A DNA stretch of 64,000 nucleotides from Fuerstiella sp. (GTDB lineage: Bacteria > Planctomycetota > Planctomycetia > Planctomycetales > Planctomycetaceae), in the NCBI GenBank assembly GCA_022843805.1, contig JALHMY010000003.1, positions 5,351 to 69,350 on the forward strand. The letters run 5' to 3'. The notes under the pieces are model-generated. The model was given only the letters and a program-made list of their open reading frames with translations, ran no database searches and was not told the origin of the DNA. Shown in pieces: positions 31,743 to 40,035 of the stretch. Both the position numbers and the translations under genes were made by a program. Numbering within the stretch: position 1 is the first letter of the stretch; every line of letters starts with the position of its first letter.

Positions 31743-32087
31743 CTATAGGTTCCATCAACGTTGCGGGACGATGAGACGACCAACCTGGGGGAAAGCCCGA
31801 CCATATACTGCGGTAAGCTGAATGCGCATTGCTGCACACTGTGCGTCAACGCAATTGCTCTGTTAATTCGGGAGCGGATGCCTGTGGCAGTAAGACAGAC
31901 CGGCGGATATTGCTGATATGCGGCCAGGTCTTTGCGTTTCGTCGCAAATGCGTGCTTTGTGTCAGATGTGCGGGGATACAAATCCGACAGGCTTATACGT
32001 AAAAACCCTATGTTTTTGATACCCTTTGCCAGGTATCTGCAGTCATCAGTCTGATCTGTCTGATCTGCGAAGTGATAGGGCCCGCCG

Positions 32088-33557
32088 TCAGGCCAGAATG
32101 CGTTCCAAAACCTGACCGTGGACATCGGTCAGGCGGAAATCGCGACCGGCGTGATGAAATGTCAGTCGTTCGTGATCCAATCCCATGCAGTGAAGAATCG
32201 TAGCCTGCAGGTCATGGATTGAGACCGGATCTTCTGTAATGTGAAAGCCAAATTCATCCGTACTTCCCAGAGTCATTCCGGGACGGATACCTCCGCCTGC
32301 CATCCAGAGAGAAAATGCCTGAGGATGATGGTCGCGTCCAAGTGCTCGCCCAAGAGCGGCGTTCGATTCGACCATCGGAGTTCTTCCGAATTCGCCTCCC
32401 CAGACAACGAGAGTCTCATCCAGCATGCCAAGCCGTTTAAGATCCTGAATGAGTGCGGCCGATGCCTGATCGGTGATTCGGCAGTTGTTCTGAACGTTTC
32501 CCTTTACGTTACTGTGAGCATCCCATCCGCTGTGAATGATCGTAATGCAGCGGACTCCTCGCTGGACCATGCGTCGTGCCAGCAGACACGCACGGGCAAA
32601 TGAAGGCTTTGAGGGCTCACATCCGTAAAGATCCAGGGTATGCCGCGATTCTGAATTCAATTCAAGCAGTTCCGGGGCGGAGGCCTGAAGTCGCGCCGCC
32701 ATCTCAAATGACGCGATCCGTGTGGCAATCTCGTCATCGTGGAGCAAATCCAGGCGGCGGCGATTCAAACGATTGATCAGCTGCCACGTTTCGTTCTGCA
32801 GTTCCTCATTCACACCTGCCGGGCTTTCCACATTGAGAATTGGAGCCCCCTGACTGCGCAACTGGACTCCCGTATAATATGTTGGAAGAAACCCGCTCGA
32901 CCACAAAGCTGATCCGCCGCTGATGCCATCACCGGTACTCATCACGACGAACGATGGCAAGTCCCTGGTTTCAGAACCCAGGCCATACAGAAGCCATGAC
33001 CCAAGACTGGGGCGACCTGGCTGAGAAAACCCGGAACTCAGGAAAATCTGAGCAGGTGCGTGATTGAACTGGTCGGTTCGCATTGACCGAATCAGACAAA
33101 TTTCATCCGCAACGTCTGCAAGATGCGGCAGGGCAGACGAGAGTTCAATGCCGGATTGTCCATGCCGGGAAAATTCGAACTGCGGACCCAGAACAGCAGC
33201 AGTCGGCTGAATAAACGCATATCGCTGACTACCGATCACAGACGGAGGAAGCGGCTTCCCGGACAACTTCGTCAGCAACGGTTTATTGTCGAACAGTTCC
33301 AGCTGACTGGGAGCACCGGCCATCAGCAGGTGGATCACAGCCTTTGCCCGGCATGGAAAGTGGGGACTGCGCGGACTCACAGGATCGGCCTTGCCGGGTT
33401 CCTGTGAGTTCGCAGCTGATACGCTCGACGCCTGCAGAAGCCCGGTGAGCGCTACGGCCCCCAGTCCCAGTCCGGACTGTTCAAGAAAAAAACGCCGACG
33501 CAGCCCACTCTGCAGGTCTGACAGCCAGCGTTTGCCATAAGACTGATTCTGAAGCAT
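32088..33557 (-). CDS. DUF1501 domain protein (sulfatase-like fold) with twin-arginine signal
   Basis: MLQNQSYGKRWLSDLQSGLRRRFFLEQSGLGLGAVALTGLL... followed by a DUF1501-type body (HFPCRAKAVIHLLMAGAPSQLELFD, WDAHSN, VVWGGEFGRTP, GRDHHP). The track start at 33617 is a TTG. ATG 33557 leaves the RR motif at the usual distance from the N-terminus, but the start remains uncertain. Confidence 0.88.
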   Translation of the reverse strand: MLQNQSYGKRWLSDLQSGLRRRFFLEQSGLGLGAVALTGLLQASSVSAANSQEPGKADPVSPRSPHFPCRAKAVIHLLMAGAPSQLELFDNKPLLTKLSGKPLPPSVIGSQRYAFIQPTAAVLGPQFEFSRHGQSGIELSSALPHLADVADEICLIRSMRTDQFNHAPAQIFLSSGFSQPGRPSLGSWLLYGLGSETRDLPSFVVMSTGDGISGGSALWSSGFLPTYYTGVQLRSQGAPILNVESPAGVNEELQNETWQLINRLNRRRLDLLHDDEIATRIASFEMAARLQASAPELLELNSESRHTLDLYGCEPSKPSFARACLLARRMVQRGVRCITIIHSGWDAHSNVKGNVQNNCRITDQASAALIQDLKRLGMLDETLVVWGGEFGRTPMVESNAALGRALGRDHHPQAFSLWMAGGGIRPGMTLGSTDEFGFHITEDPVSIHDLQATILHCMGLDHERLTFHHAGRDFRLTDVHGQVLERILA

Positions 33558-33668
33558 CCGAAGAAATTCCGACAAAACTGGTAAGCCAAAATTTGCAAGC
33601 CAAATTTGGTGAACCAAAAACGGCCTGACGTCATCCTCCCGATTACGGATGACATCTTACCACTTTGT

Positions 33669-35063
33669 TTATGGCTTACCAGAAGCATCCGGGGCTGCCG
33701 GGGCTGCCGGCCTGACCTCCTGCTGAAATTCTGCGGCATTCTGAATAAATCGCATGCCTTTTCGGGCACTGACGGCTCCAGGGGCTGAAGGAGCAGCTGC
33801 ACCTTCAAGTGCCTTCAGCTGACGGAAATTTTCCTGAAAAAACATGTCCAGTTTCGGGCTTTCCAGCAGGAGGCCGTTTTCCTTCAGATACATCGAGTTG
33901 TCTGACAGAATTCGGCGGCAGCCAACCAGGTCCCCCTGATCGAGAAGCTGTGTGGCCAGCTTATTCTTTTCACTCGCGATCAGAGCCACAACATCCGCCA
34001 TAACTGTCTTATTGATACTGGAGGATACTTCAGACGCCGAATCACTGAATTGAACAGATGCCTTACCCTGAAGCTGTTCACCCGATTTCGTCTGCATATT
34101 GGTATAGGTCACCGCGACGTCTGACAGCTGTTGAGTTGCACCGGAATCGGTCGCAGGAATCTCCAGCTCCACCACAATGTACCGAGTTTGCTTACTGTAG
34201 ATTTGCGAAATCCGGGTAACAATTTGCTGACCATTGATGTCAGCATCATTTCCAAGGACCCGAACCGGTCGGAGTGTCTCGGGAATAGAAATACGAATGT
34301 CGACTTCCTGAGCGACGACCGAAAGGACATCGTCAAATTCTCTCCGAAAAATGTCGGCAAGCTCTGATGCATTTTCAATAAAGTGATGATTTCCACCGCT
34401 CTGTGCGGCCAGCTGAACCATCAGATCTTCGTTGTACCCCAGCCCCAGACCGAGAGTGGATACGCTGATGTTTTCTTTTTTGAGAGAAGTCCCGAGAGAC
34501 CCGAGTTCTCCAGGGGATGATGGTCCGACGTTGGCGAGTCCGTCGGAGAGCAGGATGACGCGATTGACATGTCCTTTCTCCGCAAACTTTCGCACTTCGG
34601 CGACGCCTTTGCTGACTCCGGCAAACAGGGCCGTGTTACCGCCAGGCTGAAGACCACGAATGTGTTTGATGACCGCCTCTTTGTCTGTGAGTCTTGTGGC
34701 AGGAACCAGCACTTCAACTCCGGATTCGTATGTTACCACCGAAACGATATCATTTTCGTTCAGCAAACGAACTGCGTCGATTGCTGCTTCACGTGCTTTG
34801 GCGATCTTGTCACCATGCATCGAACCGGAACGGTCCAGCACGATCGCCAGATTGACGGGAGGTCGAGTTTCAGGTCGGCTCATCTCGAATCCCTGAACAG
34901 CCACTCTAACCCATACTGACTGCTTTTCGCCCGACTTTAATACGGCATACGCCGGAGCGATGTCGAGCGAAATCTTCCTGTCAGCCTCTTCTGCCCGGGC
35001 CGCCAATACGGGAATGGCCATGAGGGCCAATCCGGACATCAGTTTCAGAATCCCTGAGTACAT
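33669..35063 (-). CDS. Secreted von Willebrand factor type A (VWA) domain protein
   Basis: Signal peptide MYSGILKLMSGLALMAIPVLAARA. MIDAS motif in LAIVLDRSGSMHGDKI, then GGNTALFAGV and VILLSDGLANVG. The C-terminal half is long and partly helical. Confidence 0.88.
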   Translation of the reverse strand: MYSGILKLMSGLALMAIPVLAARAEEADRKISLDIAPAYAVLKSGEKQSVWVRVAVQGFEMSRPETRPPVNLAIVLDRSGSMHGDKIAKAREAAIDAVRLLNENDIVSVVTYESGVEVLVPATRLTDKEAVIKHIRGLQPGGNTALFAGVSKGVAEVRKFAEKGHVNRVILLSDGLANVGPSSPGELGSLGTSLKKENISVSTLGLGLGYNEDLMVQLAAQSGGNHHFIENASELADIFRREFDDVLSVVAQEVDIRISIPETLRPVRVLGNDADINGQQIVTRISQIYSKQTRYIVVELEIPATDSGATQQLSDVAVTYTNMQTKSGEQLQGKASVQFSDSASEVSSSINKTVMADVVALIASEKNKLATQLLDQGDLVGCRRILSDNSMYLKENGLLLESPKLDMFFQENFRQLKALEGAAAPSAPGAVSARKGMRFIQNAAEFQQEVRPAAPAAPDASGKP

Positions 35064-35213
35064 CGCCGTGTTTCCTTTGTTCTAAAGGCATTGCTGAGTT
35101 TACCGGGATCGCGGATTGCCTGTCTCGGTTTCTCAGTCGATCGAAGAGTTTTGCGAGTGAATTCCGCACATGGGACATTAGACGTAAAATCCGCCAGTCA
35201 GTGGTCAGGTCCC

Positions 35214-35231
35214 TGTCAAATATTTGTCAGA
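35214..35231. promoter_or_regulatory. Near-perfect 18-bp palindrome in the divergent VWA/helicase intergenic region (candidate operator)
   Basis: CTGTCAAATATTTGTCAG matches its own reverse complement at 16 of 18 positions, and the CAAATATTTG core is perfect. It lies 83 bp upstream of ATG 35314. Confidence 0.3.
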
Positions 35232-35313
35232 ACTTTGTGAGGAGAAGACGGTCGGTGGTTTACCTCCAGGTTTTCAGGTTTCCGACCCTGCTTTCTTCCA
35301 CTGTATTGTATGA

Positions 35314-38300
35314 ATGGATTCCATGAGTCGACTGTTAATCCGCGCGTCTGCTGGCAGCGGCAAGACTTTTCGTTTGTCGGGCCATTTTTTGCATCTGCTG
35401 TTTCTGGGAAATCGTCCGGAAACAATTCTGGCCACGACCTTTACGCGCAAAGCTGCGGGCGAGATTCTCGGACGAGTGCTTCTTCGCCTGGCGGTGGCAG
35501 CAGAGGACGAAAAGGCGTGTCAGCAGCTGGGGACCTTTCTGAACCTTTCGGAGATTTCGCGGGAATCGGCACTGGCATTACTGACCAGTGTCGTTCGTGA
35601 TCTTCATCGCATGCGGGTCTGTACATTGGACAGCTTCTTTCAGATGGCTGCCCGCAGTCTGACACTGGAACTCGGTCTGGCTCCCGGCTGGAGCATCATT
35701 GATGATCACACAGATCGGGAGCTGCGTCAGCAGGCCATCGACGCTGTTCTGTCGCAGCACGTGTCCCGAGATGCTCAGCAGCTGATGCAGATGCTGGCCA
35801 AAGGCCGTTCAAAACGCAGTGTGAGGGATCTGATCGATGAAACGGTCAGTGAATTCTACGAACTGTTTCTGCTGACCGACCGCGCCGCATGGGACCAGTT
35901 CCCGAAGCATCGGCGACTCACTCAGGAGGAGCGAGAACAGGCAGTTCGGGATCTTTATGCGTCAGCAATGCCGCCAGACAAGCGAGCGATTGCCGCAAGA
36001 GCCGGGGACGTTGAACGGTTTCAGGCAGGCGTATGGGAAGCTTTCGTTACAACAGGTTTAGCCGCTCGAGTGTTCACCGGCGAACCAACATATTATGGAA
36101 AGCCCCTGTCTGCAGAACTCATTGAGGCATACGAGCGGTTACTGCATCACGCCAAAGCGGAGCTGATGGATACTCTGGCTCAGCAGACTCGAGCAACATG
36201 GGAGCTGATTTCGCGTTTCGATCGTGAGTATTCTCGTCTGAGGTCGGAACATGGCTGGATGCGTTTCAGCGACGTAACTCGAGTTCTCGCACGGTCCGAA
36301 AATGCAGAATCCGATGGGCAGAGAATGGCGTTTCGGCTTGACAGCACAATTCGGCATCTGCTGCTCGATGAGTTCCAGGATACCTCACCCGATCAGTGGA
36401 GGATTCTGCGGCGTCTTGCTCTCACTCTCGCCAACCGAGCAGGGGCATCCAGTTTCTTTTGTGTTGGAGACGGCAAACAGGCAATTTACGGATGGCGTGG
36501 AGGAGAATCTGCCGTTCTCGATGCCGTGCAACAATCGATCCCCGAGGTGCAGGCGGAATCACTGGACAAAAGTCAGCGGTCATCGTCAGTCGTCATCGAC
36601 ACGGTTAACCGACTGTTTCAGCATCTGACCGATCATCAGCATCTGGATGACTATCAGGATGCCTGTGTGATGTGGCGAGATGCGTTCCCGGTTCATTCGA
36701 CGGCCCGGGAGAATCTGCCGGGGCATGTCATTTTCAGAACATCGCCGGAACCGGACGGTACATCTGCGGAAGACCAGAAGAGTCCGTGGCATCGATGGGT
36801 CGCCGAATACATCAGTTCGCTGCATAGGCAATGTCCGGCGGCAAGGATTGGAGTACTGACTCGCAAAAATGCAACGGTTGCCCGGCTGGTTCACGAACTG
36901 ACGCTTCTGGAGGTTTCAGCCAGCGAGGAAGGCGGTACTCCTCCAACCGACAGTCCTGCCGTACTTGCGCTAATGTCGCTGCTCCATATGGCCAGTCATC
37001 CGGGGTGTCGAATCTCGCGGTTTCATGTGGCAGGTTCGCCATTTGCGAAGGTCATTGACTATCGTGAGTGGCAGGATGAAACTCTGGCCGCCAGCGCTGC
37101 ATCGCGAATTCGGCACCGCCTTTCCAGCGACGGATACGGCCAGACACTCCAGTGGCTGTCAGAATCAGTGCGAGACTCCTGCAGTCTGCGAGATCTGATG
37201 CGTCTGCAGCAGGTGGTTGCGGCTGGCTGGCAGTTCGATGAATCGCCTTCGCTGAATCCTTCGGACTTCGTCAAGCTGCTTGAGAACAGCAGATTCAGCA
37301 AATCCGAACCCGCACCCGTACGTGTGATGACAGTGCATCAGAGCAAAGGGCTGGAGTTTGATATCGTTGTTCTGCCGGAACTCGATACAAAGCTGTTTCG
37401 TGCACCGTCGGCGGCGGCGGGAGGTCAGGGACCAGGGGAGCCTCCGGATCGTGTTTGCATCTGGCGAAGTCGCAGTCTTCGGGCACTTCTGCCGGATTCA
37501 TTGAAGCAGGCGTTCGATCAGACGACGTCTCGGGACTTATCAGAATCCATGTGCCTGCTTTATGTGGCTCTAACCCGGGCTGTGCACAGCCTGCATTTGC
37601 TCATTCCGCCTGTGACTGCAAAAAAAACGCCCAAAACCTATGCCGGATTATTGCTTGCCGCACTGACCGATGATCATGCCGCCCCGCCCGACAAAGTCTT
37701 GATGGAGTCCGGCGATCCCCTGTGGTTCGAACAGGTGCCGCAGCTAAAATCCCTCAGTGCGAATTCCGTTCAACAGCCCGAGGTATCGATTCAGGGTGAG
37801 CAGAAGTCGCTGCCCCGGATTCAGCTTGCCGCTATGCATGACGGACGACGAAGGGGGCTGCCACGACGAGCACCTTCGCGGCATGAAGAAGCACATCTGT
37901 ATCTTCCCGCGTTCGACACCATCAGAACGACGCCTGGCTCCGCAGCGGATTCCGAAATCAGCCCAAAAGTCCGCGGAACGCTGTTTCATGGCTGGTTCGA
38001 ACAGATCGGATGGCTGGCGGAAGATGGTCATTCATGGAGTCAGTTCGGGCAGACAGCCCAGTCTTCACCTGAGGTACTGCTGAAGGCGGCAAAAAAACTG
38101 GCGATGCCGGAAAGCGTTGTCAATAAGATGCTGCCCGAGTTTCTGGAAATGCTCCGGCGACCCGGCACGATTCAACTGTTGTCCAGCACCGGGGCAGCGG
38201 AGGCTCCCGCGTTTCATTCACTGAAAGGTGATCTTCAGAAAAAGAAAGTTACGCTTCGCGTTGAGGTCGAACGGCCGTTTGTGTTTCAGCTGGATGGTTC

Positions 38301-38553
38301 AATCGTGCAGGGGACGATCGACCGACTTGTGCTCGCCTTTAGCGGCAAAAAAGTGGTGGCTGCAGATATTCTGGACTTCAAAACGGACCGTTGTTTCGGG
38401 GATAAACAGCAATGGCTGAACGCAAGAAGAGACCATTATGCTCCGCAGCTGGCCGCTTATCGAACCGCCGTACAACATTGCTTCCGACTGTCTCCCGACA
38501 AAATCTCAGCCAGACTGCTGATGGTTGATGTCGACGCGGTATTGGAAGTGTAA
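35314..38553 (+). CDS. UvrD/Rep-family helicase fused to a C-terminal PD-(D/E)XK nuclease (AddA/RecB-like)
   Basis: Walker A LIRASAGSGKTF. Motif II LLLDEFQDTSPDQW. Further helicase motifs: FCVGDGKQAIYGWRG and VMTVHQSKGLEFDIVVLPE. Nuclease motif QGTIDRLVL...ADILDFKTD...YAPQLAAYRTA. Confidence 0.88.
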   Translation: MDSMSRLLIRASAGSGKTFRLSGHFLHLLFLGNRPETILATTFTRKAAGEILGRVLLRLAVAAEDEKACQQLGTFLNLSEISRESALALLTSVVRDLHRMRVCTLDSFFQMAARSLTLELGLAPGWSIIDDHTDRELRQQAIDAVLSQHVSRDAQQLMQMLAKGRSKRSVRDLIDETVSEFYELFLLTDRAAWDQFPKHRRLTQEEREQAVRDLYASAMPPDKRAIAARAGDVERFQAGVWEAFVTTGLAARVFTGEPTYYGKPLSAELIEAYERLLHHAKAELMDTLAQQTRATWELISRFDREYSRLRSEHGWMRFSDVTRVLARSENAESDGQRMAFRLDSTIRHLLLDEFQDTSPDQWRILRRLALTLANRAGASSFFCVGDGKQAIYGWRGGESAVLDAVQQSIPEVQAESLDKSQRSSSVVIDTVNRLFQHLTDHQHLDDYQDACVMWRDAFPVHSTARENLPGHVIFRTSPEPDGTSAEDQKSPWHRWVAEYISSLHRQCPAARIGVLTRKNATVARLVHELTLLEVSASEEGGTPPTDSPAVLALMSLLHMASHPGCRISRFHVAGSPFAKVIDYREWQDETLAASAASRIRHRLSSDGYGQTLQWLSESVRDSCSLRDLMRLQQVVAAGWQFDESPSLNPSDFVKLLENSRFSKSEPAPVRVMTVHQSKGLEFDIVVLPELDTKLFRAPSAAAGGQGPGEPPDRVCIWRSRSLRALLPDSLKQAFDQTTSRDLSESMCLLYVALTRAVHSLHLLIPPVTAKKTPKTYAGLLLAALTDDHAAPPDKVLMESGDPLWFEQVPQLKSLSANSVQQPEVSIQGEQKSLPRIQLAAMHDGRRRGLPRRAPSRHEEAHLYLPAFDTIRTTPGSAADSEISPKVRGTLFHGWFEQIGWLAEDGHSWSQFGQTAQSSPEVLLKAAKKLAMPESVVNKMLPEFLEMLRRPGTIQLLSSTGAAEAPAFHSLKGDLQKKKVTLRVEVERPFVFQLDGSIVQGTIDRLVLAFSGKKVVAADILDFKTDRCFGDKQQWLNARRDHYAPQLAAYRTAVQHCFRLSPDKISARLLMVDVDAVLEV

Positions 38554-38587
38554 GCCAGTCCGCTTCGCTGAGACCGCACGGTGCGCA

Positions 38588-38623
38588 GTAGTTTCGCACC
38601 ACTGCGTAGTTTCGCACCACTGC
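38588..38623. repeat. Perfect 18-bp tandem duplication in the convergent intergenic region
   Basis: GTAGTTTCGCACCACTGC occurs at 38588-38605 and again at 38606-38623, between the helicase stop (38553) and the lpxB stop (38646). GGTGCG/CGCACC and GCAGT/ACTGC segments could form short stems. Confidence 0.8.
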
Positions 38624-38645
38624 AAACGGACTGCTCACCACCGAA

Positions 38646-39827
38646 TCAGGCGGCCTTTCGACCTTCCGGAGCGTCCGGTACAGTTACATGCAGTTTCATG
38701 ATCAGCAGTTCCGCTGCACGAGTCGTCGCCCCTGGGGCCGCCGCATGACCAGCAAGCAGCGCCATCGAATTCTGAGTGGCCCGAAGAGATTCTCCGTCTG
38801 TCAGCCATTGAAGAATCTGCTGACTGATGCCGGCCACATCACTTTCCGGATTACCGCAGGAAATGAACTCCGGCATCAGTTCCGAGTCTGCAATGAGATT
38901 TGTCAGCGTAATGAATCGACACTTCATCAGGAACCATGAGGCAATCAGCCCAATTCTGGGGACACGATACAAAACGATTCCCGGCCGGTTGCGAGCCAGA
39001 AGTTCCAGACTTATTGAGCCGCTCACCATGAGGCAGCAGGCAGCTGCCTCGATCACTTCTGACGTTTGCCCAACAACATATTCCAGTTTCAGCCGGACAC
39101 CAGCCTCTTCCGCCAGCTGACGACACATCGTTTCATGAGCCGGCTTGTAGTTACCGACGATCCAGCGCACATTGGGAAGCTGCTTACTGACTCGCTGTAT
39201 TGCCTGCAGCATCACGGGCCAGTTCTTTGTGACTTCATGGTTGCGTGAGCCAGGCAATAGTGCCACGACAGGTGCTTCGGTTGTGGACCGCAGACGCTCG
39301 ACAAGTTCCTGGTTCAATTCGTGAGTGGCGACTTCGTCAAAGAATGGATGACCGACCCACGTGCAGCTGACGCCCCGCTTTCGATACCATTCATATTCGA
39401 ACGGAAGCGTGCAAATCACATGATCGACCCATTTTCGAACTCGTCGCACTCTCCACGGAGCCCATCCCCAAAGCTGTGGTGGCAAATAATAGAAAACGGG
39501 AATACCCCGCTTTTTTGCTGCCCGCGCGATCCACCAGTTAAACCCAGGGAAATCCACCAGAACGACGGCATCCGGAGGGTTTTGTTCAAAGTGTGCTTCC
39601 GCCAGCTGGACCAGTCTGCGAAATTTTGCAATCAGCGGAAGGACTCGGAGAAATCCCATGACAGCAAGTTCGGTCAGTTCAAAAAGCAGCCTGCATCCCT
39701 GTCGAGCCATCGCGGGCCCGCCAAATCCTTCCGCAGTCATCTGCGGATCACGCTGCTGCAGTTCCTCGATCAGCAATGCTGAGTGCTGATCGCCGCTCGG
39801 CTCTCCTGCCGAAAAAAAGATTCTCAT
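38646..39827 (-). CDS. lpxB: Lipid-A-disaccharide synthase
   Basis: MRIFFSAGEPSGDQHSALLIEEL..., FPGFNWWIA and VALLPGSRNHEV are LpxB signatures. I chose ATG 39827 because the track start at 39881 adds 18 Arg-rich residues. Confidence 0.88.
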   Translation of the reverse strand: MRIFFSAGEPSGDQHSALLIEELQQRDPQMTAEGFGGPAMARQGCRLLFELTELAVMGFLRVLPLIAKFRRLVQLAEAHFEQNPPDAVVLVDFPGFNWWIARAAKKRGIPVFYYLPPQLWGWAPWRVRRVRKWVDHVICTLPFEYEWYRKRGVSCTWVGHPFFDEVATHELNQELVERLRSTTEAPVVALLPGSRNHEVTKNWPVMLQAIQRVSKQLPNVRWIVGNYKPAHETMCRQLAEEAGVRLKLEYVVGQTSEVIEAAACCLMVSGSISLELLARNRPGIVLYRVPRIGLIASWFLMKCRFITLTNLIADSELMPEFISCGNPESDVAGISQQILQWLTDGESLRATQNSMALLAGHAAAPGATTRAAELLIMKLHVTVPDAPEGRKAA

Positions 39828-40035
39828 CCGTCGAATCCGTTTCAAATTATGGAAGTGAGGAATTCGTCTCCTGCTGGACATCCCTGGCTGTCGGCTGCGA
39901 TGATGCAGTCACGTCCCCGAATGACAACAATAGCATTTTTCCGGAAAGCTGAAAATACCCCTTGATCAGCACTCCGGCTTTATTGAGACCAACTGCCATC
40001 GCCATTGCCGCCTCGGGCTCTGGAGAAAATCACTT

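Noticed and set aside
31931-31948. TTTGCG-N6-CGCAAA hairpin as the terminator of the DUF1501 gene or as a regulatory element of the giant gene
   Set aside because: The stem is only 6 bp with no U-tract, so it is too weak to support a call.
31109-32125. Minus-strand ORFs 31109-31705, 31501-31839 and 31712-32125 overlapping the 5' end of the giant gene
   Set aside because: They are in the other two minus frames and are Arg-rich with no motifs. The frame starting at 31742 gives a clear DUF4347 domain.
33558-33617. N-terminal extensions implied by the ORF track: DUF1501 to 33617, lpxB to 39881, flgM to 47466, 52092, 55033, 56752, 59095 and 63532
   Set aside because: The track takes the most upstream ATG/GTG/TTG. 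Downstream starts give canonical N-termini (signal peptides, MRIFFSAGEPSGD, the prepilin motif), often with a visible Shine-Dalgarno sequence.
35214-35231. Reading the palindrome as a LexA SOS box
   Set aside because: It does not fit CTGT-N8-ACAG or the other LexA consensus sequences I know. It is kept only as a generic candidate operator.
37724-37731. GGTTCGAA T-loop-like strings (also near 37990) as possible tRNA genes
   Set aside because: They lie inside the helicase CDS, and the flanks provide no acceptor or anticodon stem complementarity.
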